From Paraphysomonas bandaiensis (Eukaryota > Protista > Chrysophyceae), in contig CBFFRP010000235.1 in assembly GCA_965644295.1 (NCBI GenBank), positions 1-64,000 of the forward strand: a stretch of 64,000 nt of DNA, given 5' to 3'. A program made the position numbers and the translations under genes. Positions within the stretch are counted from its first letter, which is position 1; each line of letters opens with the position of its first letter. Positions 1 through 13,252 of this stretch are shown here, one piece after another. The notes under the pieces are model-generated. The model saw only the letters and a list, made by a program, of their open reading frames with translations, did no database searches and had not been told where the DNA came from.

Positions 1-13
1 GAAGAAACCGCGA

Positions 14-3000
14 GTGTCTGTACATGATTCAGAAGATGAAGCGGGATACGAATCGATGATATGTGTGGAAGAAGAGGTGAATCTAGCACAGAGCATGTCA
101 GATGTTATTTATTTAGACAGCGGGTGCAACAAGATGATCCTTACCTCCAAAAACCACATGACCAACCTTCAGCGCGCTGATAGGCAGATGTCCACAGCGA
201 ACAAAGGTAAACTGTCAATACACAGTGTTGGCGATGTAGGAAGCTTTAAAAAGGTGTACTACGCACCTGAAGCAAGTAAGAACCTCGTAGATATGAAGAG
301 CATCACAGATAGGGGTTGTGTTGTGACGTTCGATAATGATGAAGTCGTCATTCGAAATAAGACTACGAACAAGACACTCATTAGACAGAGAAGTGTTAAT
401 GGATTATATCCAGTTCGACTCGAAGACTTACTTCAGCTTGGAGAAGAATCCTCAGCAGCACTTGAGGAGCAGGGGTTTGATGACCAGCGAATTCTATGGC
501 ACAAAAGACTTGGCCATGTCAACTATGATAAACTGACTGAGTCCGACCGCCGAGGCCTAGTTGATGGAATAAATCTGGACAAGAAATATTTCAGAAAAAA
601 ACACAAAAAAACGATATGCAAATGTAATACCTGCATGCGATCGAAACTCACGAGAAAGAACTTCAGGACTCCACGCCAGTTGATGAACTTAGACAACAAC
701 CCAAAGGAGAGAGGGGTGCTCAGTGCAGATACGATGGAAGTCCTAAACACGCCATCGATGGAAGGCTACAAACATGTGTTACTATTCAAGCACAGTGATG
801 CAAAACATGTATGGGCTTATGGGTTGAAAAACAAGACTGGGAGTGAAGTGTTAAAGTGTATGAAGGACATGGTAGAGACCCAACTTGTCAAAGAAGGATT
901 GCAACTACGACGATATCATGCAGATGGCGCAGGAGAACTAGTAGGGCAACATGTCAGGCAGTACTTACGTGAAACCACCAGCACAAGGACTGTACAGGTT
1001 ACTTGGACTCCACGTGACACACCCGAAATGAATTCGCTATCGGAACGCACTAATCGTACAGTGAAGGAGATGGCCCTTGCTATATTGCTCGATAGTGGCA
1101 TGCCATCAGTATTTTGGTTCAAAGCAGTCTTGCATGCTGTATATCTGATCAACAGGTTACCTACGAAGACAACGAAAGGATACATCTCACCTTTTGAGTA
1201 TATTACTGGAACCGCACCAGATGTGAGTGACTTGAAGATCTGGGGCTGCAAGGCATGGGCTATTGTGCCGAAGGAGCAGCGCCGCAAAGAGTGGAAAGAA
1301 AAGGGAAAACCTGGATACTATATGGGACAATGTCAACAACCTGTTGGACACCAAATATATATTCCAGACCTGAATGCTATTATTGTTGCAGTCAATGCAC
1401 AGTTTGATGAGTCAATTCCAGAGCGTTCACAGGAGTATTTCGACGAAATAGATAATCTACAAATCGACACCTCAGAAACAGCAGAGAGTGTAAATGACTA
1501 TCAGTACCTGGTGGGCCTCAGACATCTTGATGGACACCTGTGTTATGTTACCACCAGAGTGATAGAGAGAAGAGGAGTCATTGTTGCATATAGGAGATTA
1601 GATATGAAAGGAAATACTACCGAGGAGCAAACTCCAATTCATATCAAAGATGTAGTAAAGATGACTCACTCTACAAAGTGTCAGACCGACAAGTTTAATA
1701 GTTTGCGAAATGAGTTGGATCAGACTTGTAATGACAGTGACAATGAACAGAGGACTCCTGACCGCTCAAATCGGGGCGCATCTTCAACAGGTGGGGCAGA
1801 TCGAAATCCCAGAACTGAAAAACGACCTCGAAAAAAACGGCACATTGTTAACGTTGGTGTCCTCGGCGATGTCTCATTGTTTCTTGATTCCTCCAACAGC
1901 ACAATTAAAGAGCCACAGACGCTGGCAGAAGCAAAGAAGACTCCACAGAGAACATACTGGATTGAAGCTACCAGGAAGGAGGTGCACAAGCTTGAACGAA
2001 GGACATGCTGGAAGATTGTCCGAAGGCCGAAACACCGAAAAATCATAAAATCTAAATTGGTCTTTAAAGTAAAGCGCGACCATCTTGGAAAAATTAAGAA
2101 GTTCAAAGTTCGACTTGTGGCGAAAGGGTTTACTCAAGAACAAGGAGTCGACTATAATGAGACATTCTCCCCAGTAGCTAAAGGTGTATCATTTAGGCTA
2201 GCACTGGCACTGGCTCTGCGATACAATCTGCAACTCCGTCAACTCGATGTAGAAACGGCATTTCCGTATGCAGATCTGGACGAAGACGTGTTTATGTCTC
2301 CACCTGCAGGAATAGATATTCCACAAGGCTGTTGTTTGAAGATTCTGAAGAGTTTGTATGGCCTAAAACAAGCGCCTCGAAATTGGCATTCAATGCTGAA
2401 GGACAGTATAAAGGCGATGGGGTATAAACAATGTGTTCTTGACCCATGTTTATTTGTACTCAAGGGTACTGATGATAACCTACATATGATACTTGTGTAT
2501 GTAGATGATATCATTGTGCTCAGCTCTGACAGCCGTCATATTGAAGAAGTCATCAGCGCCTTTAAGACTCAATATGCCATGCAAGATATGGGGGACCTTA
2601 AGCATTATTTAGGTCTTACCATTGAGCGTCATAATGGCCAGATTAAGTTACATCAGTCTGCATATGCTAAAGATGTTGTGGCCAGATTCAATCACTTGTT
2701 GTCAGAAAAGAAGAGACGGTGCAAGGCAACCACACCTCTACCACCTGGCCTAAAGTTGTCCAAGGATGCAAAAGAGGAAGAAACTCGAAAACAGAGAGAA
2801 TACGTTGATGCATTTCCCTATCAATCTGTTATTGGTGCCTTAATGTATTTGGCAGTGCATACTAGACCAGACATGGCATATACAGTAAATCTTCTCTCCC
2901 GGTTCACCACAAGACCCACGTACGCTGCATGTCAAGCTGCTCTGCATACTTTATTGTATTTAGAAAATACAGTTGATCAAGGTATCATATTTCCTAATTT

Positions 3001-3496
3001 CACAGATGAAGACCCTCTATGTGTGTACTCTGATGCAGATTGGGCCGGAGATCTGGATACATGCAGATCCACTACAGGGTATATCGTATATCTGTGGGGT
3101 GCTCCAATTGCATGGCAGTCCAGACTGCAGCCAACAGTGGCTACGTCGACTATGGAAGCTGAATATATGGCTGCATATGCTGCAATTCAGGAGATTGTAT
3201 GGATACGAGGGGTGATGACAGAGCTCGGAATTCGTGGATTTGAGCTCAGTAAGAATGCGTCTCCAACAATCTTGAATATGGACAGCAAGAGTGCGATTGA
3301 TCTAGCTCAGAACCCGGTAAATCATAAACGTTCCAAGCATATTCGGATCAAGTATCATTGGATTCGAGAGCAAGTGGGAGGCTGTATCGTCAGGCTGAAT
3401 CATGTGCCAACGGCAGAGATGACAGCAGACGTGATGACTAAAGCCTTGTCCGAGAAGCTGCACTATCAGCATGTGCACACTATGGTATCGCACTAA
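14..3496 (+). CDS. Copia Pol polyprotein (protease, integrase, RT, RNase H); 5' partial
   Basis: YLDSGC protease, LWHKRLGH..CNTC integrase Zn finger, TPEMNSLSER, KVRLVAKGFTQ, LYGLKQAPR, YVDDI, YSDADWAGD, KHIRIKYH motifs. Confidence 0.96.
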   Translation: MSVHDSEDEAGYESMICVEEEVNLAQSMSDVIYLDSGCNKMILTSKNHMTNLQRADRQMSTANKGKLSIHSVGDVGSFKKVYYAPEASKNLVDMKSITDRGCVVTFDNDEVVIRNKTTNKTLIRQRSVNGLYPVRLEDLLQLGEESSAALEEQGFDDQRILWHKRLGHVNYDKLTESDRRGLVDGINLDKKYFRKKHKKTICKCNTCMRSKLTRKNFRTPRQLMNLDNNPKERGVLSADTMEVLNTPSMEGYKHVLLFKHSDAKHVWAYGLKNKTGSEVLKCMKDMVETQLVKEGLQLRRYHADGAGELVGQHVRQYLRETTSTRTVQVTWTPRDTPEMNSLSERTNRTVKEMALAILLDSGMPSVFWFKAVLHAVYLINRLPTKTTKGYISPFEYITGTAPDVSDLKIWGCKAWAIVPKEQRRKEWKEKGKPGYYMGQCQQPVGHQIYIPDLNAIIVAVNAQFDESIPERSQEYFDEIDNLQIDTSETAESVNDYQYLVGLRHLDGHLCYVTTRVIERRGVIVAYRRLDMKGNTTEEQTPIHIKDVVKMTHSTKCQTDKFNSLRNELDQTCNDSDNEQRTPDRSNRGASSTGGADRNPRTEKRPRKKRHIVNVGVLGDVSLFLDSSNSTIKEPQTLAEAKKTPQRTYWIEATRKEVHKLERRTCWKIVRRPKHRKIIKSKLVFKVKRDHLGKIKKFKVRLVAKGFTQEQGVDYNETFSPVAKGVSFRLALALALRYNLQLRQLDVETAFPYADLDEDVFMSPPAGIDIPQGCCLKILKSLYGLKQAPRNWHSMLKDSIKAMGYKQCVLDPCLFVLKGTDDNLHMILVYVDDIIVLSSDSRHIEEVISAFKTQYAMQDMGDLKHYLGLTIERHNGQIKLHQSAYAKDVVARFNHLLSEKKRRCKATTPLPPGLKLSKDAKEEETRKQREYVDAFPYQSVIGALMYLAVHTRPDMAYTVNLLSRFTTRPTYAACQAALHTLLYLENTVDQGIIFPNFTDEDPLCVYSDADWAGDLDTCRSTTGYIVYLWGAPIAWQSRLQPTVATSTMEAEYMAAYAAIQEIVWIRGVMTELGIRGFELSKNASPTILNMDSKSAIDLAQNPVNHKRSKHIRIKYHWIREQVGGCIVRLNHVPTAEMTADVMTKALSEKLHYQHVHTMVSH

Positions 3497-3544
3497 GTAG
3501 ACTTGCTCATCACAGTATATTCTGATATGTTCATTGAGTGGGAG

Positions 3545-3823
3545 TATTGAACTACAACCAACTCCTACGTGCGTACTTGAAGTTTGGTAAAGTCAATCGC
3601 TAGTAGTTATCCTGTATTCTATGTAGCAATGAAATACAGAATATACATGACTACAGTATAGGAGTAGCTATTACAAGTATACAAAGAAACTGAAAATATA
3701 GTAGCTGTTAAAGATATGATTTGTAGAACAGAATGTTGATGTTGGTGAATGACGTGGTTCCTAACTCACAGGGCTACAACATCATAAACTTACTATATCT
3801 CCTATAATATCAATCAGTCAATA
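3545..3823 (+). repeat. Putative 3' LTR of the copia element
   Basis: Starts right after the PPT with TATTGA. Inverted TCAATA at 3818-3823; alternative end CAACA at 3781. The 5' LTR is not available for comparison. Confidence 0.5.
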
Positions 3824-5914
3824 TTGCACTAACTAAAAGCGTAAATTAATAGTATTGCTGCTGGTGCTACAAATAAATAAGGAATTAATTTATACACAGC
3901 GCCACTCTCTTTAAAAAGTAGCTACCATTGATTTAAGATATATATATATTATTACTTTTAGCCGAACTTTTTTACTTTTTGTCGTGATATTATTATTATA
4001 ACGTGCAACAAATAGCTAAATTAACTAGACATTAGAGTAGATTAAATCTGGGTGAATAGTGAGATGGTATAGTTCATTCTTGTGAACTGTACATAATATA
4101 TATGTGTAGTCGATGACTTTTATAGTTGTAAAACTGAAGTAGTATGATGGAAGAAATTAGCAAAATATATTATAAATATTACTTCTCACACTGTTAATAT
4201 CTTCATAGTTACTTATTGTGCATAGTTATACATACCCTTTTCCAACCATCATCAAAAATTTCACCAGGTTTTATACATTTCACCAGAGGTTTTGGTATTA
4301 TTACCTCGACTTTTACTACATCTGAGTGTATAACAGCTATATATATTATTTCTGTTACAACGTGCAAATTCATTGTTTAAATTTATTCTTACGTGCACTC
4401 TGAGCTATATAATATTATATACATACATATATATTATTATAAAAATATAAATAGCTATATAATAAAAAATGAAATTAGTATTGCTACACTAGGTGTATTA
4501 TTCAACCTATATATATGTCAGAATTGTAGAATTATCTCGTAACATCAAGTATGGTGTAACTATCTTGCCAAGTAGATAAAAGCTAGAGCAACAATTCCCA
4601 AGTTGCTATATAAGTGTATATGATATTCACCTACTTGTCAAACAAAGATTACTACTCGAACAAGCTCTCGTACTGTACCCATCAAATAATAATTACAGAT
4701 TACAGACAATATATTACAGCGCAGATTTGCAATCAAAAATAAGAATTGGGTATTTTCACGACCAAGTCCGGCGAAGGTTTACAGTCTTATTTATATCATG
4801 GGTACTAAACCCTACTCTCTTTGGAGGAGGAAGGATGTCATCAGAACGTCAAGAACTGATTATAGTTAAATTTAACCACGGGCAATAAGGAGGCTATATC
4901 GTCCCGCGCTCAAATACGAGGCTTCTAATTGCCTTAATTAGCGTCACCATCACATGTATATACAATACGCTTAACCTTTGCTAGTGCACCTGATTGAATA
5001 ATGTGTGTACGATATGAGACACACAATATCCTCATAAGCACAATGCAACCCAAACCCTTAAAGAATTGGATGTCACTGCCCTTTACCACCTATACAGCAT
5101 CAGATGAAGATAGGTTATGAGGATAGATTGTTTGCGCTGACCTCATTTTGGATGGAATATAACTTGGAGTGTTTGATGATCAGCTTTGGATAGTGGACTC
5201 TTGATTGTGGTTTTTCTATAATTGTGTAATATAATGAAATAACTCACATATATATGAAATTAGATATGAAATAGAAATGAGCTTCTGTTGAACCGAATAT
5301 TGAAGTTGAAAGTCTATATTTGCCCGGTGCTGATATAAGCGCTCTGTTTTGAGCCAAAATCAGGTCAAAAATGCTTTTTTTGTGACAAAATGGGGATAAG
5401 TATATATTGAATTGAATTACCGAACTCTTGGGATAACACTTAGATCCTTCTACGAAATTAACTAGTAATTCATGCGAACAGTTTCATAATACATTTGTTC
5501 ACTGGGCATGACGATAATATGTTTCTCTGCACTAAACAACTATTATTACTTCTGAGTTACATTTACGATTTACGTATCCTGGTTAAGCAATGTTAATTTG
5601 AAGTAAGAATACAATGCAATCGTTTATTAGTTAACAGAAGTGGAATCCAATATTCAGGAGGTTGACATATCCGAAAGAGAAATCTACTCACATGTTCCAC
5701 TGCTAATCAGCGTTCCTAAATTCATAGTTGTAGCCCATATGCTGCAACAGTAATATGATTAACAAGATATTCTTACTACCACAGCTCAGACACGACAAAT
5801 ATCACCACAAAGTGCTGTCGCGTCTACTTCTGCAATTACAGCACATACTGCAATAGGTGATTTCAAAGTCAAGCACTCAACACCTATAACAAATTACACT
5901 ACTTCAGTGTACCG

Positions 5915-6936
5915 CTACACCCAATACACGAGATTCCCATTGTCTGCCGTAGCTTCATTTCTCATTAGCTCTTCATCTTCATCCATAGCCACCACATAGG
6001 GTCCAACCGCCATCAGCACATCTCTAACCAACTTCGGGTCTAAGGCAGCAAGAATTGCCTCTTGAGTGTCGGGATCATCGCGAGCCTCCCAAACAGACTG
6101 AAAGGCCTGAGAAATCTCTTTATCTGAGTTTACCTTGTGAAGGTCAGTAACCATCTGTTCCCGCAGTTCCTGACGACGCATTTCTATAACATTAACACCG
6201 ATACGAGCAAATCTCCTGTACTGAGATGTCAAAACCACTAGCATGATACTGAGTACGCAGCTTTATACATCATATATGTATTAACATACTAATCAACATT
6301 GAAAACTCTCACGGATGCCGTGCAAAGACTCACCAAACTCTTGCTATAATCAACAATCCACCCTCAGGGTCGCTCCTGAGGCTTATCTCTAGTGCCAAAG
6401 AAACAACAACAACCGCAAAGTCAAACACTCTCAGTGGAGAGCTGATAAAATGAGCCCTAACATGCAATAGGTAAGCATCATGTGCTATATCATGTAAAAT
6501 ACACTTACGGTTTGGCAAGAAAGAGTGCGAGATTCTCAACAATAAATACTGAAAGTATTGAGATGCTTACATAGAGAAGATATTTCTCAGCACTGTATAG
6601 GTTTTGATTCCCATAGTCCCTGTTATCGCACGAGGCGGAGGGACTGTCCCTCTCACACCTGTGCACGACCCCCTCATAGTCGTCTATCTCAGTCTTTAGA
6701 TACTCTATATGGAGAGTGATGAGCGTCACCACCACCAATATATCCAGAACAAGTAGACCGAGTATAGCAAAGTGTGCGGTCTCGGACTGTAGGACGTGAT
6801 ATACACGATCAGACAGAGACAGAGGCGTGTCTCTCTCTAAACGAGAGTTACGCACAATCTTCCACGGATCCATCTCGATCTCTGATACTTGACGAATAGG
6901 TGAACGACGAGCATTGGGTGAACTGGGGGCTGACAT
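5915..6936 (-). CDS. HVCN1: Voltage-gated proton channel Hv1, paralog A (exons 6936-6509, 6456-6334, 6215-5915)
   Basis: Spliced protein has the S1 Asp (LLVLDILVV), S3 FDFAVVVVSLALE and the S4 RxWRxxR signature (ARVWRFARIG); GT-AG introns keep the frame; no pore domain. Confidence 0.9.
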
Positions 6937-7416
6937 GAGAGCTCTAGTTTACTATATGCACCAACAAAATTTGTCAGTGTTAATATACGTACATGTGACT
7001 ATATACACATACACACCTTCTTCCACCCTATACATACATATACATACATATACAGCCTGCATACAGTCATATACTACGACATACCAACTACTGTATTCCA
7101 TGGAGACGGTATTCTCTGTAGACTACGAGCTTGGATTTCTATATCTGTGTAGATACGTGCGTGTACGAGCAGAATATCTTCGAACTTCCATATATAAATT
7201 ATGGGATCACTTCCCATACCTAATCCCACTAATCATATACACTCATTACAGAAACAAGACTTTTAATTGGAGGTGAATATGCTGAGTTGGAGATGATGTC
7301 AGACCCCTCCATATACACTATCCCTCCAGGTCCATATAGAGACTTAGCTATCCCTTAATGTCTTTATGAAGTAAAGCTCCTCGTCTTTGTTGTTGTTGTT
7401 GAGGTGTTTTATTGAT

Positions 7417-9744
7417 ATGAGTTTTGATCGAATCCCTTCATTTATACAGTTAGAAATCGTGAGTTATTTAAATGTTCGAGATGCGGGCAGATTCATGTCT
7501 ACGTCATGTAAGAATTATCTATTGATGACTGAAGTGGCTCGCTGCAATCCATACATAGTGGCGGAGGCATCACGAGCAGAAGATAACTGCAGTGCGAAGG
7601 GAGTCATCAGCAGAGCGGTCACTAAAATACCATCTAAACCAAATATCGTGTTCGCATTTTATGAACATTCTATTTATGATATGAAGCAATCTCTTGAGCG
7701 ATTGTTACCCTCAGACACTAGGTTTCTGATGACGCCGAATATTAATGCCCTTATAATATATTTTTGCTCAGTGTAATAGCTGCTGAGGCGATGAATGTAC
7801 AGGCAAACGTGGATGGGGCTGTGACCAACACGGGAGGCACATATGATGATGACGACGAAGGAACTGGAGTTTCTATTTTGCTAGGATCCTTTCCTGAATC
7901 AATTTCTGGTTCCTGCATTGTGACTGGTTCTTCAATAAAGGTACAGCACATGTATAATACCATGGTTCTTTAATGACGCTTTAAGTAGAATGCTCGTTGC
8001 AGAACAGATGTCTACGCTTCTGTGAAGCAAATACTTCAAATCTCTGGCTTAATTGGAGGGCAAGAGTGGAGTACTTTTATTCTTTACGCGTGTGGCTTAC
8101 GTGGTCATTCTCTGGCCTCTTATGTCATCGAAATCCTTCAAGTCTCCCATGCGGAAGCAGCAATTATTGGAGGTGCAGATTATTATTCACGTTATATGTC
8201 AAGTTAAACTGTTACTTCAGGTGTATGCGATAGTGCATTAGTGAGGACCCATCCTGTTTCATTAACTTCTTCCTCGACGATTAGTAGGACTAAATCAGGG
8301 GTTGTTGTCCTAGCGCTCGGCGGAAACACTCCCTTGCGAGCGTGTGTATCTCGTGGAATGGAGCCTCTCCATGCACCTCATGGTACATGTTTTGAACTTG
8401 TTACATTTATTCACTAAGCGTACTCACACTTGCCTATTTTCTGCAGTGCAAATTAGCGACAGCTTCCCGATATATAATCAGTATAACAACGACATGACCA
8501 ATCGAGAGGACGAAACCAGCCAGTCACCTATCGGATACGTAGTATCCAAAATACGCCGTACCGATTCAGCTCTGGAAGAGGAAACTGTAATTTCGGATTG
8601 GATAGGCATGTCAGGAGCAGGAGATTACTTAGGCATTAAGCGTCCGGATGATATGGGTTACACGCTTCACCTTATTAGTAGTGGTAAGTCGACGCGTGAT
8701 AGAGGGTAAATATCAGTGGTACAATCAATTGAATATGTGACATTATATGTGCTTTGATGATCAAGGAGTGATAGTGTTAAATATTTTAATAGATCTCTTC
8801 ATTGATGAGGAGAGAATATTGGTCAAGGAGTGTAAACCACTGAATGGTAAGTACGTATTAGAGAAAACATCCTTTTATTACGTATTCAACAGGTGCAGAA
8901 GTGAAATTGTTTCGACTTACGAGTGCGGCCTGTGTACAGGGTATGGTATCATATGTGTGATCGCTTAAGTATTTTTCCTTTATTTCTTCTTTTGTGGCGA
9001 CAGTTAAATGTGTTACGCATTACTCCGTTAGATGGCATTACATTTTGCATATTCTTGTTTCTATGATATGACTGCATATTCTATACTTTTCCATGTTGTG
9101 ATTTCCTTTATGAAAATCTCTGATATATGAGATACCAGATCTGGATGATATGCTGTCTCGTCTTATACTTGAGGTGAAGGGTCTTGACCAAGAGTTGATG
9201 GGAGCTTTAATGTTTTCATGTAACGGCAGGGGACCGCGTAGGGTAAATACTGACTTACGTAGTACTCTATATAGTATCTTAGAAAATGTATAGGAATGGA
9301 TTGGCGAGGATGCTATGGATGCTAATCATTTCAATCGTATTGTTGGGAATATCCCACTTGTGGGGTTTTACGGTGGGGGTGAAGTAGGACCGAAAGCCAT
9401 GGCCATGATAAGACAAGGTAGATACAAATTATGTACTACCGACTAAAAAGTGGAATGTTGCACTTTCTATTTTAGCTCAAATATATTTTGGTATAATGTT
9501 TACTACGTTTGTTGCAGGAGCGCTACGGACTGGTGCTGCAGAGTTACAGGTGCTAGTAACACTTTCAGTAGTAACATTTAGTATTTTATACGTTTCTCTG
9601 TTGGCTTAGGCTTTTACAGTCGTGCTTGGTGTTTTTCTAAAGCCTAAACTATGTGAATGCAGTCGCATTTTCCACGATGGGCTTACCTCGATGGAAGCGC
9701 GGACTATGTTTAACCATAGAAACACGATACCAAAGTTTTTCTAA
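7417..9744 (+). CDS. F-box/FIST-C domain protein (FBXO22-like), multi-exon
   Basis: N-terminal F-box-like FDRIPSFIQLEIVSYLNVRDAGRF; AAIIGG; C-terminal FIST-C motifs FSCNGRG, GFYGGGEVGP, LQAFTVVLGVF; stop at 9742-9744. Confidence 0.8.
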
Positions 9745-10141
9745 CTTTTTTCTGAATAGCGCACAACAGTTACATGCGCGTTCTTTTTTCTTTAGTGCAT
9801 GCGATTTATTGTACTCTTTTCATGTGGATATAGATATTATGTACGATAAGTGCTTTTATGAAAGTTTTTTATCAAGAAGTTACACTTTACTCACTAAGTA
9901 ACAATATAAAGAATAAAAAATAGAATGTAGTCAAGAACCAACAAACGTAAAAGAATTAGAACTTATTAGTGCCTATTATAGTGGTAGACATACACCATTT
10001 TTTTACATTATTCTATGCACAGAATGCATGACGACAGAAAACTTCTTGTATTTCAATATAAACAGGGATCTTAGCTATATAATAAAATGCAACGAAAGTG
10101 TAATGAAAGAAAAGGAAATTTTGAAATTTGATTGTATTTAT

Positions 10142-11135
10142 AGAGATTTTCTCCGGAAAACAAACGTGAGCAGCGTATATAGCCAGCAGATATTATTCTG
10201 CCTTCTTATTGGTTGTGTCATGCAAGTACTTCATGCTGGGGTAACAATTGTGATGGTAAAGCTGCTACTCTCTAACAAACGTTGCTCTGCGTTGTCATTC
10301 TGAACTGGACTCTCACTGTCATCATCAGCTTCTTCATTCTCATTGCACAAAAATATATTAATTTGATCCTTTTCCGTCATTGAGAAAAAAAGTTAGTGTG
10401 GCGTCATTGCGACATTGAATCTTTTTAAAAGCAGCGTTATGAATAATAGCCAGCATTGTTGCCCACAGATGACGCTCGACTTTCGGGTGCCTTATGGTGG
10501 TGCTCACCTTCCTTCTCTAATTGTATGGGAACTCTTGAAAGAATTCCCATTCCTCCAAGGCACATGCTCCATTTCCTTGGTATTAGACTTTACACATCAG
10601 AACCAAACTCGCAAATGAATAGATAGAAGCAAGTAGCGGTCAATCATGGCAAATGTGGAGCCCCACTTGGTACCTTATTTTTGATTAATACACAGAGAAG
10701 ACCTTTCTTACGGAGCTCACTAGCATCTCTTTAGGGTTCTTAACTGGTACCAGTTTATGGCTCATATATATTATCACTAATTAATTAAAGGAATTACAAT
10801 GTGAGATAATCCATATGGATATTATAGTCTTTCACCAATCTTCGCAAAATTGGATTGTTGAAATAAAAAGTACCATTTTTTACCAACTTTTAGTATAAAA
10901 AGGAGGTATTTTTTTATCAATTAATTGCAATTATGATTATTTGAAGTCCCATTTTCAATAATTGCAATTTCAATAATTGACAATTAATTGATACGCAGTC
11001 CTGGCTTGCGGTGACCCACAAGCAGCTTTCGCAGCGCCAAATAGTAGGATATCAGAGTTAATCACTAGTTTTAGTTAAATTGGTTTGCAACATTAATTAT
11101 AACATTCTGACCCTTACACACCTACTGCTATTAAT
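10142..11135 (+). mobile_element. Degenerate, interrupted copy of the ribozyme-like retroelement family
   Basis: 10142-10205 and 11004-11135 match the reverse complement of the 25.6/42.4 kb copies (..AACGTGAGC..CAGCAGATATTATTCTGCC; GCTTGCGG..CACAAGCAGCTTTCG..AAATAGTAG), separated by ~800 bp of other sequence. Confidence 0.65.
10915..11003. mobile_element. Terminus of a hAT/MITE-like DNA transposon
   Basis: Palindromic CAATTAATTG/CAATAATTG subterminal repeats ending in GCAGTCCTG (CAGG-type TIR); the other end was not found. Confidence 0.4.
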
Positions 11136-11647
11136 CAGATATTCACTACTAGTGTTTAGATTAATAAAGCGCATGGTGTTCAACAAAGCAAGATTAATGT
11201 TTACGTATAGCGCAAAGTTAACTTCAGTGAAATGTCCAACTCTAACATTCCATATCTGAACTCTTGTTGTAACACTGACATCTATTCCTATCTTCTAGTT
11301 CAAGATGTATTGACACCTTATAAGCCCTTGTTAACAGTCAAAATATACAATATCCTACACGTAAGATTCATAATACTACAGTGTCTATCTGTAAAAACTA
11401 GTATTGACCAGGAAAAGACATGTAATTTTACCAATCGGCCCAATCTATAGTACAAAATGCCATAGGGTTCCATCTGCACGAGCGAACCCACAAGACGAAG
11501 CTATTCTAAATATACTCCAAATGGTGGTGTCATTGTACCAAAGTGATGCAAAGATGATTCATATGTTGTGATGTCGGAGAAACACATATAACTTCAAAAT
11601 ATACATTAACATCTCCATGCAATAGTCAACTCATTCCGAAACAGCTG

Positions 11648-12803
11648 CTATAGCGGAGTAGAATAGCTTCTGGCAAGCCTCGAGAGTTTCCTTTCGTCCC
11701 CAATTGCGTCTTTATCTTCGCCATCATGCTGTTTCGGCTTCGGGCCCTTGTGCTTTGACAAATACGGACCAACAGCCTTAAGAAGCTCAAAAGTGATTGT
11801 AGGGTCTAGCTCCTTCACAGCCTCTTTCGGATCACCCCCATATTCTTCGGCAGCCAAAACATGCTTGTAGGCCTCATAAACAGTGCGATCATGATTGGCC
11901 TTACGTATTTCTCCCACCATTTCGTCCAGACTCTCATCTTCTCGCGACTCATACAAGCCATGCCCAATTCGAGCAAACCGCCTACAAGATATGAAAAACA
12001 CTTAATTACTCTATTCTCAGCATGTGGAAAAAATAAAGCACTTCACTATACAAAGTTGTGCATACCAAGTTCTGGCTATAATAAGAAGGCCACCCTCCGG
12101 ATCATTCTGAAAGGCTATTTCCAAAAGTAGAGACACCACAACTACGAAGAAGTCTAATACGTGCATAGGACTCTGAATGAACTCATACCTACACAGTAAA
12201 ACTCAATTATATATGTAAGCGGCAACAACATCAAGCAAATAGATTTCACTTTTGGATCGGGAAGATAAATGTATAATAGTGTATGAAATCCATACGGCCA
12301 TCTATATATTACAGATCTACTTACGGTTTGGATGCAAATAAGAGCATATTCTCCACTATGAATACACATAAAATGCTCATGCTAGCATACGCGAGCTTCT
12401 TCTCAGCATCGTGTAGACTGTGTAGGCCGATATGATCCACATGACAGTGAGAGCTCCCGTGTGGATCATTATCACCAGATAACACCCCCATAGATCCCCC
12501 ATATACAGAATGAGTGTAGTCTGATGAGTTACTTGCATGAGCTATCTCCTCCTGACATGTATCCACCACATCCTCACAGTCACTGACCTGTGAGTGAAGA
12601 TACTCGATCTCTAGTGTGATAGATATTGCCACTAGTAATATATCCAGCACTAGTAATACGACTATGATGTAATGGGCGGGCAGACTCTGCAGGATATGAT
12701 GCAGCTTCTCAGATACAGTCATTGCTGCATGAGTCTTGCCTCTTGTTATGGTCCAGGGATCCAGACGACCACTGTGACGGCGATGATACTTGTAGTATCT
12801 CAT
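11648..12803 (-). CDS. HVCN1: Voltage-gated proton channel Hv1, paralog B (exons 12803-12325, 12188-12066, 11981-11648)
   Basis: S1 LLVLDILLV, S4 ARTWRFARIGHG; both introns at the same positions as in paralog A; long His/Cys-rich S1-S2 loop. Confidence 0.92.
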
Positions 12804-13252
12804 GGTGATAGTAGAGGGGAGTAACTTGACTTAATACTCTTAGTACACATACACAGATCAGAGGCTCTTATGTATGTACTCGACATGCTGAGATGGACGC
12901 CCACTACTGTGCTTCAATGCCGATGAAATCGTGCGTATTCTACTTCTTCCACACAGATTGTTCTGAATTTCGACTAATTTTCGAGATTTCTAGATTTTAT
13001 ATATGGATTTGAATGCATTTGGGATAAAAATAGGGGTAATTTCTTACGATTTTTTGATATGAAAAGGTCAGATATTCGGGTTGCGTCAATTGTACGGGGG
13101 GATATATATCCGGTTACGGATGAGAGGAAGTGGTTAAGATACTCTCACAGCCATGTGGCGCGCATACTGCTGCACATATACATGCATCATGTATAAGCAT
13201 TCATTCCATCAATTACCACCAATTGCATCGATCTTAGTGAAGTAATCGCTTA

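Larger units (their letters stand above)
1..3823 (+). mobile_element. Ty1/copia LTR retrotransposon, 3' part (5' LTR and gag lie outside the window)
   Basis: Uninterrupted pol ORF in copia order PR-IN-RT-RH, followed by a purine tract GAGTGGGAG (3536-3544) and a putative 3' LTR. Confidence 0.93.
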
